A stretch of DNA of 64,000 bases from Candidatus Harrisonbacteria bacterium (GTDB lineage Bacteria > Patescibacteriota > Minisyncoccia > UBA6257 > UBA11618). The translations under genes were made by a program, and so were the position numbers. The first letter of the stretch is position 1. Every line of letters starts with the position of its first letter. Location: NCBI GenBank assembly GCA_016867415.1, contig VGJO01000001.1:80052-144051 (forward strand), written 5' to 3'. The notes beneath the pieces were generated by a model. The model worked only from the letters and a program-made list of their open reading frames with translations. It was not told the origin of the DNA and ran no database searches. This document shows, one piece after another, positions 1 through 9,540 of the stretch.

Positions 1-1331
1 ACATCTGGTTTGACTCTGGAAGCATGCCTCTCGCTTCCTGGCACTATCCTTTTGAAAATAAATCTCTTATTAATTCCGGCGAGCAGTATCCCGCCGACTA
101 CATCTGCGAAGCGATGGACCAGACCCGTGGCTGGTTTTATACCCTTCTTTCTATCGCTACTCTTCTCAAAAAGCCGGCTCCTTTCAAAAACGTAATTTCT
201 GTTGGTCTTATCCTCGATAAAAACGGCGAGAAGATGAGTAAGTCAAAAGGGAATGTGGTTAGCCCCTGGGAGCTCAGTGATAAGTATGGTGTCGACGCTC
301 TTCGTTTTTATCTCTATTCCATCAATCCGCCCGGTGAAGCTAAGCGTTTTGATGAGACTGATCTTGGCAAAGTGGGGAATCGCATCATGACCACCCTTTA
401 TAACTCTTTTGTTTTCTATGATACCTACGCCCTGAAAAATATCGAGATTGATTGGAAAAAGGAAAAACTCACAAATATTCTTGATCGCTGGATCCTTGCC
501 CGCTTTGAGTCAGCGAGTGGTGAAATGACTAAACTTCTTGAAAAATATGACGTTCACGAAGCCACGAAAGTGATTGACGCTTTGATCGACGATCTTTCTC
601 GTTGGTACATTCGCCGCTCCCGCAAACGCTTCCAACAGCCGATAAAAAACGATCATCGCATCGCCTCCGCCGTCCTTTACCGGTCTCTCCTTACCCTCGT
701 AAAACTCATGGCGCCCTTCACTCCCTTCATAAGCGAAGCATTATATCAAGCTTTGAAAAAAGACTCCGATCCCGAGTCCGTCCATTTCCTCGACTATCCA
801 GTAGGGGATAAAACCCTTTTTAATAAAGAGCTCGTGAAGTCTATGGGTCTCATCCGCGATTATGCTTCCTCTGGTCTCTCCGCTCGGCAAAAGGCTGCTC
901 TCAAAGTCCGCCAACCTCTCTCTTCTTTGTCGCTAAAGATAAAAAAATCTCCTTTTAATAAAAAAGATGAAACAGCCCTCCTCGATATCCTTCGCGACGA
1001 GGTAAATGTGAAGAAAATTATTTTTTCCGCGGATCTTAAGGAAGAGGTTGTGCTTGATACTAAGCTCACCGAAAAACTGAAGCGCGAAGGTTACCTCCGT
1101 GAAATTTCCCGTCTTGTCCAAGGTCTTCGCCAAGAGGCCGGTTTTTCGCCCAAAGATCAAATTATCCTGTATGCGACTGGTGACGACTACCTGGTCGATC
1201 TTATGAAGTCGAGCAAGTCTTTAAAGAAATCAGTCGGCGCGGCCACAATAGAATTCCGTAAAGTAGCCGGAGTTAAAGCGAACGACGAACTCCTCCTCGA
1301 CAACTACCGCCTCTGGCTCGGAATAAAATAA
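1..1331 (+). CDS. ileS: Isoleucine--tRNA ligase, 5'-truncated by the window edge (IleRS2-type)
   Basis: Frame is open from the window start: IWFDSGSMP, EAMDQTRGWFYTL, KMSKSKGN, DDLSRWYIRRSRKRF anticodon-binding motif. Confidence 0.95.
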   Translation, partial: IWFDSGSMPLASWHYPFENKSLINSGEQYPADYICEAMDQTRGWFYTLLSIATLLKKPAPFKNVISVGLILDKNGEKMSKSKGNVVSPWELSDKYGVDALRFYLYSINPPGEAKRFDETDLGKVGNRIMTTLYNSFVFYDTYALKNIEIDWKKEKLTNILDRWILARFESASGEMTKLLEKYDVHEATKVIDALIDDLSRWYIRRSRKRFQQPIKNDHRIASAVLYRSLLTLVKLMAPFTPFISEALYQALKKDSDPESVHFLDYPVGDKTLFNKELVKSMGLIRDYASSGLSARQKAALKVRQPLSSLSLKIKKSPFNKKDETALLDILRDEVNVKKIIFSADLKEEVVLDTKLTEKLKREGYLREISRLVQGLRQEAGFSPKDQIILYATGDDYLVDLMKSSKSLKKSVGAATIEFRKVAGVKANDELLLDNYRLWLGIK

Positions 1332-1366
1332 CATTAAAAAACGGCTTTCACCGTTTTTTAATGTTA
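1329..1366. terminator. Bidirectional intrinsic terminator between convergent ileS and trpS
   Basis: TAACATTAAAAAACGG-ctttca-CCGTTTTTTAATGTTA inverted repeat with A/T tracts. Confidence 0.8.
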
Positions 1367-2347
1367 TAAAAGTCCAATTACTCTCTTCACTTCCCGTATT
1401 TTTTTATCCGCTATCTTTCTCGCTTTTTCCTCTCCTGCCTGAAATATTTCCTCTACCTGTTTTTGCTTATGACCCCATTCTCCTTTTGCTTCACGGTAAA
1501 GGAGAAGGGCGTTGCTAATAGTTTCGGCCGCCATTTTTTTAAAATCCCCATAACTCATCCCCGCCGCTTCTTTTTCGAGTGTTATAATCTCTTTTTGAGT
1601 AAGCCCCGAAAGAATAGTGAGAAGATTGCTAATTCCCGGTTTCTTTTCCTCGTCGTAGCGAATTTCTCGATCCGAATCTGTTACCGCTTTCCCTACTTTA
1701 TCGTGAATAATCTCCGGCGTGTCATCGATAAAAAGACACCCGCCCGGCAGTGACTTGCTCATCTTTCGTGTCGGATCATCGAGACTCATGACTCTTGTGG
1801 CTTGAGTCATCAGTGCCTTCGGTTCTATAAATAATTGTCCAAACCGATTATTAAATCGTCGGGCCAAGTCCCGCGTGAGCTCTAGGTGCTGTACCTGGTC
1901 CTCACCTACCGGCACCACCTCGGTGTCATAGAGGAGAATATCCGCCGCCATGAGGACCGGATAGGTAAAAAGAGCCGAGTTAATATTTTCCTCCTGTCGA
2001 CTCACCTTGTCTTTGTACTGCGTCATTCGCGACAGCTCGCCAAAGTAGGTGATGGTTGAGAGGAGCCAATAGAGCTCCGACTGTTCACTAATCCGGGATT
2101 GTCGAAAAAGCGTAGATCGGAGAGGGTCAAGTCCGGCCGCGAGAAAGGTGGTCATGAGATCCATAATTTCCGCCCGTTTCTCTTCTGGCGTGTAGCTCTG
2201 CGTGAGTGAATGCAGATCTGCTACCATAAACAAACATTCATGATTTGCCTCCTCCTGCAGTTGGACGAAATTAGTCAGTGCCCCTAAATAATTCCCTATA
2301 TGCAGTCTCCCCGTCGGCTGTATCCCCGACAACACCCTATACTTCAT
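1364..2347 (-). CDS. trpS: Tryptophan--tRNA ligase
   Basis: SGIQPTGRLHIGNYLG (HIGH), YPVLMAADILLY, VPVGEDQVQHLE, KMSKS. Start set at MKYRVL (ATG 2347, GAAGG upstream); the longer ORF-track start runs into a repeat element. Confidence 0.96.
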   Translation of the reverse strand: MKYRVLSGIQPTGRLHIGNYLGALTNFVQLQEEANHECLFMVADLHSLTQSYTPEEKRAEIMDLMTTFLAAGLDPLRSTLFRQSRISEQSELYWLLSTITYFGELSRMTQYKDKVSRQEENINSALFTYPVLMAADILLYDTEVVPVGEDQVQHLELTRDLARRFNNRFGQLFIEPKALMTQATRVMSLDDPTRKMSKSLPGGCLFIDDTPEIIHDKVGKAVTDSDREIRYDEEKKPGISNLLTILSGLTQKEIITLEKEAAGMSYGDFKKMAAETISNALLLYREAKGEWGHKQKQVEEIFQAGEEKARKIADKKIREVKRVIGLL

Positions 2348-2391
2348 ACAATTACCTTCGATTGTATCAACTATCCCCTCCATCATCAAAT

Positions 2392-2559
2392 AAGGATTTT
2401 TCTCTGGCATTACGAAGTTCATAAGATGCCCTCCTCCTCGCGCAGAATTTTTGTCCCTATGACGAGGAGAAAGCAAGTATTGCGAGGAGGCATACATAAT
2501 CGGTATGTTGACGAGCAAAAGGAGCTTTCGACAATGTCAGAGGGAAAAAAGACAAGCGC
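2392..2559 (+). repeat. Long-hairpin repeat family, divergent copy with an extra internal hairpin
   Basis: AGGATTTTT...CATAC-loop-GTATG...GAAAAAAGACAAGC ends; stem CTCTGGCATT/AATGTCAGAG; nested ATGCCCTCCT/AGGAGGGCAT. Confidence 0.6.
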
Positions 2560-2607
2560 TTAAAAAAACCAAAAGTAAAAGTTATTTTTTGATTGAGTTA
2601 ATTAAGC

Positions 2608-4350
2608 TTATACCTCAATCACTACGGGCAATATCATTGGCCTTCGTTTGGTTTTTTTAAATAAAAAGGAACCAATCTGTTCGCGAATTACTGTCTTCAC
2701 ATAATCCGACTCCGGATCTTGTCCTTGCACCCGCTCCATCACTGATCGGATCTTGCGTCGGATCTCATCCATCATCTCCTTACTTTCTTTGAGATAAATA
2801 AAGCCGCGGGAAATAATATCTGGATTTTTAAGGAGGCGGCCATTGTGCTTGTCAATCGTCGCAATGATCACGAGCATTCCTTCCTGAGAGAGAAGGATGC
2901 GATCTCGTAGCACCACTTCACCGACGTCTCCTACGCCGAGGCCATCCACCATCACGTAGTAGCTATCGATCGTCTCGCCGGTAATCATTGCTTTGTTTTC
3001 TTCGAGCTCCGCCACGTGTCCATTATCGAGAAGTAAGACATTATCTTTAGGGATTCCGCATTTTACCGCTAGCTCTCTATTCGCCGCTCGCTTAAAGAAG
3101 TAGCCATGAGTCGGAATCATAAACTTTGGCTTGATAAGTTTGATCGCACTTATAAGTTCATCCGCCGGCGCGTGTCCGGAAGAGTGAATATCAATATCCT
3201 TTGACTGAAAGACTCTCGCTCCCTGCCGAGTAAGATTGTCCTTCAAATTCTGCACCCCCCGCTCATTACCTGGAATAATTGAGGATGATAGGACGAAAGT
3301 GTCGCCTGGTTTAGTCTGTAGTATTTTATGCTCGCCGTTTGCAATCCGCATGAGCGAAGCATTTGATTGTCCTTGGGCGCCTGTACAGAAAATGATTACT
3401 TTTTCATCCTTATATTTATTAATCTCCTCAATCGGGATAATCGTATCCTTGGGGAATTTCATATAACCCATGTTTTGGGCGATCTGAATATTCGTCTTCA
3501 TTGAGTAGCCGTCAATAAAGACTTTTCGTTTCAGTTTAATAGCGATCTTAATCATTTCACGCAAGCGGGTAAGGAGCGAAGCAAATGTCGAGACGATAAT
3601 TCTTCCTGACGCTTCATCAAAAAGTATTTCTAAATTCTTTTCCACGAGCCGCTCCGACACGGTCTTACCGGGGATATCCGCGTTCGTACTGTCGATGAGA
3701 AGAGTGTGCACTCCCATCTTCCCAATCCGCTCGAAGTCATCAAGCCCTATCGGATTATCATCATGGTCGTAATCAATCTTAAAGTCGGTAAAGTGGACGA
3801 TATTGCCAATCGGCGTCTTAAGAATTGTCCCAATCGTATCCGGTACTGTGTGATCAAGCGTAAAAAACTCTGCTTGGAAATATTTTCCAAATGACACTTT
3901 ATCGCCCGGATTCACCACCATTGCGTCGAGTTTTGGTAAGTTCCGGAATTCTTCATGGCGCTTCGCCACCATTTCTTTGGTAATTGGCGCCATGTAGACC
4001 GTCGGATTGCCGAGCTTCGGCAAGACGTAGGGGATAGCGCCTGTGTGATCATAGTGGCCGTGGGTAATAATGAGCGCCCGGATTTTGTGCTTGTTGCGTT
4101 CCAGGTAATTGACGTTTGGAATGATAAAGTCGATACCCGGCGTCGTTTCCTCGGGAAATTGGAGACCTGCGTCAATGATTACAATTTCGTCATCATACTC
4201 AAAAAAGCACATGTTCCGACCGATTTCTTCAAAACCACCCAAAGGGGCAAAACGCATTCGCTTCTTGCCATCTTGAGGTGGTGCCACTCTTTCTTTTACG
4301 CCATTTTCCCGATCCCGAGAAAACGACCTTCTGTTGTTTTTATGTTCCAT
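2608..4350 (-). CDS. rnj: Ribonuclease J
   Basis: PLGGFEEIGRNM, THGHYDHTG metallo-beta-lactamase motif, TGAQGQ, HSSGHA, C-terminal RRPMILPVVIEV. Confidence 0.96.
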   Translation of the reverse strand: MEHKNNRRSFSRDRENGVKERVAPPQDGKKRMRFAPLGGFEEIGRNMCFFEYDDEIVIIDAGLQFPEETTPGIDFIIPNVNYLERNKHKIRALIITHGHYDHTGAIPYVLPKLGNPTVYMAPITKEMVAKRHEEFRNLPKLDAMVVNPGDKVSFGKYFQAEFFTLDHTVPDTIGTILKTPIGNIVHFTDFKIDYDHDDNPIGLDDFERIGKMGVHTLLIDSTNADIPGKTVSERLVEKNLEILFDEASGRIIVSTFASLLTRLREMIKIAIKLKRKVFIDGYSMKTNIQIAQNMGYMKFPKDTIIPIEEINKYKDEKVIIFCTGAQGQSNASLMRIANGEHKILQTKPGDTFVLSSSIIPGNERGVQNLKDNLTRQGARVFQSKDIDIHSSGHAPADELISAIKLIKPKFMIPTHGYFFKRAANRELAVKCGIPKDNVLLLDNGHVAELEENKAMITGETIDSYYVMVDGLGVGDVGEVVLRDRILLSQEGMLVIIATIDKHNGRLLKNPDIISRGFIYLKESKEMMDEIRRKIRSVMERVQGQDPESDYVKTVIREQIGSFLFKKTKRRPMILPVVIEV

Positions 4351-4456
4351 TATTGTTTTTATAATTTTTTATTTTTTGTAATATTTTTTTACTTTTTATT
4401 TCTAATGATGTTCATTAAGAATTTTTCTCCGAAGCCGCTAGAAATGTGGTATTCGG

Positions 4457-4585
4457 AAAATTCTTGAGGATTTTTCATCGAGTCCGAGGCGCTTTCTCTT
4501 TTGCGACTAAGGTGTACATAAGGAGTACTCCGCGGGAGAAAAAGAGGAAGGAACAAAGGAATCGATGAAAAAGACCAAGAATTTT
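4457..4585 (+). repeat. Long-hairpin repeat family, tRNA-adjacent subtype
   Basis: AAAATTCTTG/CAAGAATTTT terminal IR, AGGA/AGAC internal loop, TTTTTCATCGA/TCGATGAAAAA stem; core shared with 14706-14835. Confidence 0.7.
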
Positions 4586-4586
4586 G

Positions 4587-4669
4587 TGCCCCCAAGAGGA
4601 CTTGAACCTCTACAGGATTTCTCCCACAAGTACCTGAAACTTGCGCGTCTGCCATTTCGCCATGGGGGC
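4587..4669 (-). tRNA. tRNA-Leu(CAG)
   Basis: Reverse complement GCCCCCATGGCGAAATGGCAGACGCG-CAAGT-TTCAGGT-ACTTG, long variable arm, GTTCAAGTC, TGGGGGCA; CCA not encoded. Confidence 0.95.
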
Positions 4670-4687
4670 TGTTTGTTTATGTAATGC

Positions 4688-6373
4688 TCATTTTTGAAAA
4701 ACTCTTGCTGTTTTTTGATACCAATCCGCTACCCGAGAAAATCGTTCCCGTGGTTCCTGAATAAAGAAGGAAAGTGAAGGAATGGTGCTTTTATTCATAA
4801 AGTAGTAGAAATCTGGGGAAAAGAGAAAGAGTACCGGCAAGTCTTTTTGAATATTTTCTTGGACTTGCTTGAGTTTTTCCTCTCGTCGCTTTTCGTTTGT
4901 ATCATTTTTAAGTGAGGTAAGAAGCGTATCTACCTGTGGATTACTATAGAGAGCCAGGTTTGATCCTGGATGCACTCTATTATCCGAATGAAAGAAAGGG
5001 AGAAGATCAGGATTTTTTCTCATCTCTATTCCATAGAGCAGTGCCTCGTACTCTCTTGGTTTTATTATCTCCGCAAGTATCTTCTGAGATTCGATCGGCC
5101 GCAAGGCCACTTCAAAGCCAATTGCTTGATAATTCTTTGCAAGGAGCTCTACTGTTTCTTTCAGGAATCCTATTTCCGGGTAGGTAATAGTGAGTTGTAA
5201 GCGTGTAAGCGTCTTACCTTCTACTTTCATTCTGCCATTTTTTTCGTCCTTTTTAAAGCCCGCTTCATCAAGGAGTTTGTTGGCTTGCTCAAGAGAAAAT
5301 TCCTGCTTTTCCAAACCTTTCAAAAAACCTTTTACATTTGCCCCGATCGGTCCCACGCTTACTCGCGCTGAATTCTGGAAAATCTTTTCAACAATTTCTT
5401 CTCTGTTTGTTGCAAATAATAATGCCTTCCGTACATTCACATTTTGTAGGACCGGATTTTTTACCTGATTAAAAAAGAGCGCAAATGATCGCGGCATCGT
5501 GATAGCAAAACTTTCTTGATCAACGGTAATTTCTTTTTCTGCTTGCGGGTTATAAGTTCCATAGCCATCAATCTCTCGTCGCTGGAAAGCGGCAATTGCC
5601 TCCATCTCACTTGTGTAATATCGGAAAGAAAAATCAGTGATATTTGGCTTTCGCTCTGCAAATGCCTTATTAACTGCAAGCCTCACCTCTTTGATGAAGC
5701 CATCCTTTTCAGTAACCACCTCTTTTACTGTGTATGGGCCATAACCGATAGGGGAAAGATTATAGCTTGATAGCCGGAGATTAGGTACCGGAATACTTTC
5801 AAAGACATGCGCTGGGGCTACTCGTAAATCCTGGAGAATCTCAAGAAAATATGGTTTAGTAGTCCCGAGACTAAAACGTGCTTCATCCTCATTAATTTTT
5901 TCTACTGCCACATTATGCCACCGGCTTCGTTCCGTATGATTTGCGTCTGGATTTTGCATCGTCTTCACGGTAAAGATGAGATCTTTAGCGGTGATCGGCG
6001 CCCCATCAGAAAATCTTGCTCCTTTCTTAAGTTTTACTAAATAATTTTTTCCATTTTCTGAAATATCAATCGTCTCCGTGATAGTCGAAAGTCCAGGAAA
6101 GATGATTTCAATAAGATCTCGATCCGCTTGAGCCCCACTCCCTAAAAGGGGATTAATAAATACTGGTTGTCCCACCACTCCCTCAGTAAAACTCCCTCCC
6201 TCTCGTGGGGCTTCATAAGTAATATGAAAATATCCGGAGATAAGAATAAAGAGGAGTGCTAAGATAGCCGTCACTCCCGTCCCAAAGATCACCCTACGCT
6301 CGAGTGGGGTGAGGTGTCGCATTGTTGTAGAAAGGAGATGAAACACGTTGAGAAAAGAAGTTCGCCTCTGCAA
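4688..6373 (-). CDS. ABC transporter substrate-binding protein (family 5, peptide/nickel type), membrane anchored
   Basis: GGSFTEGVVGQPVFINPLL, ARFSDGAPITAKDLIFT, PIGYGPY, NLALYSNPQVDTLL; start uncertain (TTG 6373 or ATG 6322). Confidence 0.88.
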   Translation of the reverse strand: MQRRTSFLNVFHLLSTTMRHLTPLERRVIFGTGVTAILALLFILISGYFHITYEAPREGGSFTEGVVGQPVFINPLLGSGAQADRDLIEIIFPGLSTITETIDISENGKNYLVKLKKGARFSDGAPITAKDLIFTVKTMQNPDANHTERSRWHNVAVEKINEDEARFSLGTTKPYFLEILQDLRVAPAHVFESIPVPNLRLSSYNLSPIGYGPYTVKEVVTEKDGFIKEVRLAVNKAFAERKPNITDFSFRYYTSEMEAIAAFQRREIDGYGTYNPQAEKEITVDQESFAITMPRSFALFFNQVKNPVLQNVNVRKALLFATNREEIVEKIFQNSARVSVGPIGANVKGFLKGLEKQEFSLEQANKLLDEAGFKKDEKNGRMKVEGKTLTRLQLTITYPEIGFLKETVELLAKNYQAIGFEVALRPIESQKILAEIIKPREYEALLYGIEMRKNPDLLPFFHSDNRVHPGSNLALYSNPQVDTLLTSLKNDTNEKRREEKLKQVQENIQKDLPVLFLFSPDFYYFMNKSTIPSLSFFIQEPRERFSRVADWYQKTARVFQK

Positions 6374-6406
6374 AACGAACTAAAAGATAAAAATATGTGA
6401 AATAAA

Positions 6407-6628
6407 TTAATTAACGAGGTTGACAAACGCAAGCGCTACAAAAACCACTGTCAATATGATCGTCGAAGTAAACACCACTTTCTCCAAGCCGCGTCGGGCC
6501 TGGTAAAAACCAGGAGCCTCCGAGCCGCCAAACGCCCCACCCAATCCGCTTCCTCGCTCCTGAAGAAGGACAAGAATGATAAGAATGACCGAGACCGCGA
6601 TCTGAGCAAAAGTAAGAATGAAATTCAT
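6407..6628 (-). CDS. secG: Preprotein translocase subunit SecG
   Basis: 73 aa, two TM segments, VLLQERGSGLGGAFGG...RRGLEK. Confidence 0.93.
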   Translation of the reverse strand: MNFILTFAQIAVSVILIILVLLQERGSGLGGAFGGSEAPGFYQARRGLEKVVFTSTIILTVVFVALAFVNLVN

Positions 6629-6637
6629 ATTTGGTAT

Positions 6638-6976
6638 TTACGGCAAGATCTCAAGGACAAGATTCGTCGCTCCTAGAGCGAGCGCCGCATAGAGAAGTGA
6701 TTGATAGCTACTAATGGTAATGTTTTTGGAATAAAAGTCAAGAATCAAAAACACTCCGCCATTTATTGCCACTCCCAAAATTCCAAAGGTTAGATAGTAA
6801 AAAGGCGTGAGAAGCATGGTCATGATCGGCCGCAACCCTCTATTGATAAAAGTAAAAAGCACCGCTAAAAGTCCAATCTCCCATAGCCTCCCTGTAAGAA
6901 AAAACCCCGAGAGCCACCTCATCAGTACAAGTAGTAACAAAAAATGAATTAACACTGTCCCCAATAACCGAATCAT
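6638..6976 (-). CDS. 4-TM membrane protein, YvlD/Phage_holin_4_2-like
   Basis: INRGLRPIMTMLLTPFYYLTFGILGVAING matches the family pattern N..lrP.l.lltlP...lTlGl....N. Confidence 0.75.
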   Translation of the reverse strand: MIRLLGTVLIHFLLLLVLMRWLSGFFLTGRLWEIGLLAVLFTFINRGLRPIMTMLLTPFYYLTFGILGVAINGGVFLILDFYSKNITISSYQSLLYAALALGATNLVLEILP

Positions 6977-7036
6977 AGCTAACTAATTATAATTCATTAA
7001 AAATAATTTTTTTTATATTGTATCTTAAAGGCCTAA

Positions 7037-7156
7037 GCGAAGTAGTTTTGAGCTTAGTTTCGTTCTTCTTTTTGAAAGTAAACTAAGAGCTACTAGGAAA
7101 GTCTATGAAGATTTTCCGGAGAAAAAAATAATGAAAATAAGGCAAAAGCATGAGCG
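7037..7156 (+). repeat. Long-hairpin repeat family copy
   Basis: GCGAAGTAGTTTTG...CCGGAGAAAAAAA...CAAAAGCATGAGCG; abuts the stop codon of the minus-strand ORF at 7157. Confidence 0.75.
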
Positions 7157-7447
7157 CTACTCAAGTAATCTTGCAACACGCTCTAATTCTTGCTCAACTA
7201 AAGAACTATCATAATCCCCACTATGTACTGACGCCCCCTCATAGCTTGGTCGCTTCTGATCCAGGTGAAGAGAAAGAAAAAGTTTCCCTTCGGCCACCCG
7301 CGTATACATATGAAACTTCGGATACTCCATTCTGGAGAGTCGTCGCACGAAGCTCGTCTCCGCCCCTTTCTGCCTGTCATAGGCATACCCCGCCCGCCGC
7401 ATAAACACCTGCAAATTTTCTCGAAAACCCTCCACCATCTTTTTCAT
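7157..7447 (-). CDS. Hypothetical protein
   Basis: 96-aa ORF with globular composition (SFVRRLSRMEYPKFHMY...LHLDQKRPSYEG..HSGDYD), co-directional with neighbours. Confidence 0.7.
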   Translation of the reverse strand: MKKMVEGFRENLQVFMRRAGYAYDRQKGAETSFVRRLSRMEYPKFHMYTRVAEGKLFLSLHLDQKRPSYEGASVHSGDYDSSLVEQELERVARLLE

Positions 7448-7621
7448 CTTTCACATTCTATGATCTTTTCCTTTTCTCTGCTAGGTTAATTCTTTAAAAA
7501 TTTCATATCGCGTATTAAATGCAGATTTTTTGAATAAACCTTCACTACCTCTAAACTTCTTATGATAAAAAATACAATCAATCAGTTTTACAACTTTATG
7601 AGTGAATAGAAGTCAGGGATA

Positions 7622-9217
7622 TTAGTTAATTCGAGAGACTAGACTTTCTCCCGTCATATTATCTGGTTTCTTTATCCCTAGTATCTGAAGTATGGTCGGT
7701 GCCACATCTGATAAAAGCCCAATCACGGATAGTCTCTCCTCTGCTCTCCATCTCCTCCTTTCTTCTAAGCTTCGCTCCCACTCCGACCCGACTAAATAAA
7801 AATGCACCTCCGATGCATTATGCTTCGTTTCCGGAATCCCCGTGATTGGATCCATCATTCGCTCCACATTCCCATGATCCGAAGTAATGATCGTGGTCAC
7901 TCCTCGTGTTAGCGCCGCGCTTGCGATTCTTGCGATCTCTGTGTCGAGCACTTCGAGCGCCTTGACCGCCGCGGCAAAGTCGCCCGTGTGTGCAATCATG
8001 TCCGCGTTCGCAAAGTTTACCAAGATAAAATCCATCGCTCCCTCCTCAATCGTCGCAATCACTCGTTCGCTAATCTCTCGCGCCCGCATCTCCGGATGCT
8101 CATTATGATGGGCAGTAGAGGAAGAGGGGATGAGGACTCGATATTCATTTGGTTCCGGCGCCTCAGTGAGTCCGTTAAAAAAATACGTCACGTGAGCATA
8201 TTTCTCCGTCTCAGCAATTCGCAGTTGATTGAGTCCTGCCCTCGATATCACTTTTCCGAGCGGCTCCTCTACTCGTTCGGGTGGAAAAATGATGAGCGGT
8301 GTGATCCCTGCCGCGTATTCAGTCATAGTAGCAAGGATCACTTCCACCTTTTCTTCCTTTACAAAATCTGGATAAAAACTCTGTCCGGCAAGATCTGTAC
8401 TTGAGAAACAACTCGCTATCTGCCGGATACTATCCTCTCGATAATTAAAAAAAAGTACGGCATCGTGAGCTCGCACCGCCCCCTCCATAAAGAACATCGC
8501 TGGTAGTAATTGATCATCATTGAGCCCTTGGGCATACTGTGCCTCGATATACGTCCTGATCCTCTCCCGCTCCTCTCCCTCCTCTGCCACCAGTTTTTTA
8601 TTCCCAATGATCGCCTCGTACATTTCCTTTGTCCGATCAAAGTGCCGATCTCGATCGAGACCAAACACCCGTCCCCCGATACTTCCCATCCTTGCTCCGT
8701 GCTTTTGCATCGTTGGTAAAAGCCGTTCATATAATTCTAAAAAAGATCTTGGAGCGCTATCTTTCCCATCCGCAAATAAATGTAAATATATCTCTATCCC
8801 TCCCTCTTTCCCCGCGACCTCAATGAGCTGTATGAGGTGCTCAAGCGACGCATGCACATGCCCTTGTGACAAGAGACCGATAAGGTGCAGTCGCCCACTC
8901 TGCCGAGCTTTGGTCAGCGTCTCTCGGAGTACCGGATTTTTCGCAAAATCGCCCGTCTCAATCGCAATCGAAATTCGGGGGTAGTGCTGATAGAGAATTT
9001 TACCAGCGCCGAGTGTTAGGTGCCCTACCTCGCTATTGCCTACTTCGCCCCAAGGTAGACCCACGGCAATCCCCGAGGCCTGGAGCGCCCCGCCCCTATA
9101 ATGGCTTCGGATGATCTCCATATTTGGGAGTTTAGCTGTCATGATGGGATTCGTCTGATCTCGTTCTCCCTCCCCCCAGCCATCAGTAATAATAAGACAA
9201 ACTTTTTTCTTTGACAT
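7622..9217 (-). CDS. gpmI: 2,3-bisphosphoglycerate-independent phosphoglycerate mutase
   Basis: IITDGWG, GNSEVGHLTLGAG, AETEKYAHVTYFFNG, NFANADMIAHTG, TSDHGNVE. Confidence 0.96.
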   Translation of the reverse strand: MSKKKVCLIITDGWGEGERDQTNPIMTAKLPNMEIIRSHYRGGALQASGIAVGLPWGEVGNSEVGHLTLGAGKILYQHYPRISIAIETGDFAKNPVLRETLTKARQSGRLHLIGLLSQGHVHASLEHLIQLIEVAGKEGGIEIYLHLFADGKDSAPRSFLELYERLLPTMQKHGARMGSIGGRVFGLDRDRHFDRTKEMYEAIIGNKKLVAEEGEERERIRTYIEAQYAQGLNDDQLLPAMFFMEGAVRAHDAVLFFNYREDSIRQIASCFSSTDLAGQSFYPDFVKEEKVEVILATMTEYAAGITPLIIFPPERVEEPLGKVISRAGLNQLRIAETEKYAHVTYFFNGLTEAPEPNEYRVLIPSSSTAHHNEHPEMRAREISERVIATIEEGAMDFILVNFANADMIAHTGDFAAAVKALEVLDTEIARIASAALTRGVTTIITSDHGNVERMMDPITGIPETKHNASEVHFYLVGSEWERSLEERRRWRAEERLSVIGLLSDVAPTILQILGIKKPDNMTGESLVSRIN

Positions 9218-9324
9218 TTTACTCTTGACTACCTACTATCTTCTTAAACCGAGTCATTACTTCTATTATAGTTTCTATTATATTATGTAGTAAGGAAGGC
9301 TTGATTTCACTAATACCCAATAAA

Positions 9325-9490
9325 AAGCACAGGATTTTTCGAGGAAATTTTGTTTTTTCTTGTGAGTAAGCGCCGGAGCATACTAAAAATAAGCTCGTAG
9401 ACACCTAATACTCTCAATTCTCTAAGGGCTATAGATCCTAGGTATTCTCCGGGAAATAAAAAAATAGAAAGTTATCGAAAAAGACCAGCT
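9325..9490 (+). repeat. Long-hairpin repeat family copy in the divergent gpmI/rny gap
   Basis: AAGCACAGGATTTTTCGA...GTGAG...CCGGAGCATACTA...TCGAAAAAGACCAGCT, with a degenerate internal hairpin module. Confidence 0.7.
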
Positions 9491-9540
9491 CTTAATTGAT
9501 AGAAAAAATCGTTAATATCAAATGTCTATTTTTAACTACT

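Noticed and set aside
2348-2600. T-box riboswitch upstream of trpS
   Set aside because: No GGTGG.ACC T-box consensus on the minus strand; the structure matches the repeat family on the + strand
6638-6976. Holin as evidence of a prophage
   Set aside because: This 4-TM family is commonly chromosomal and no other phage genes are nearby
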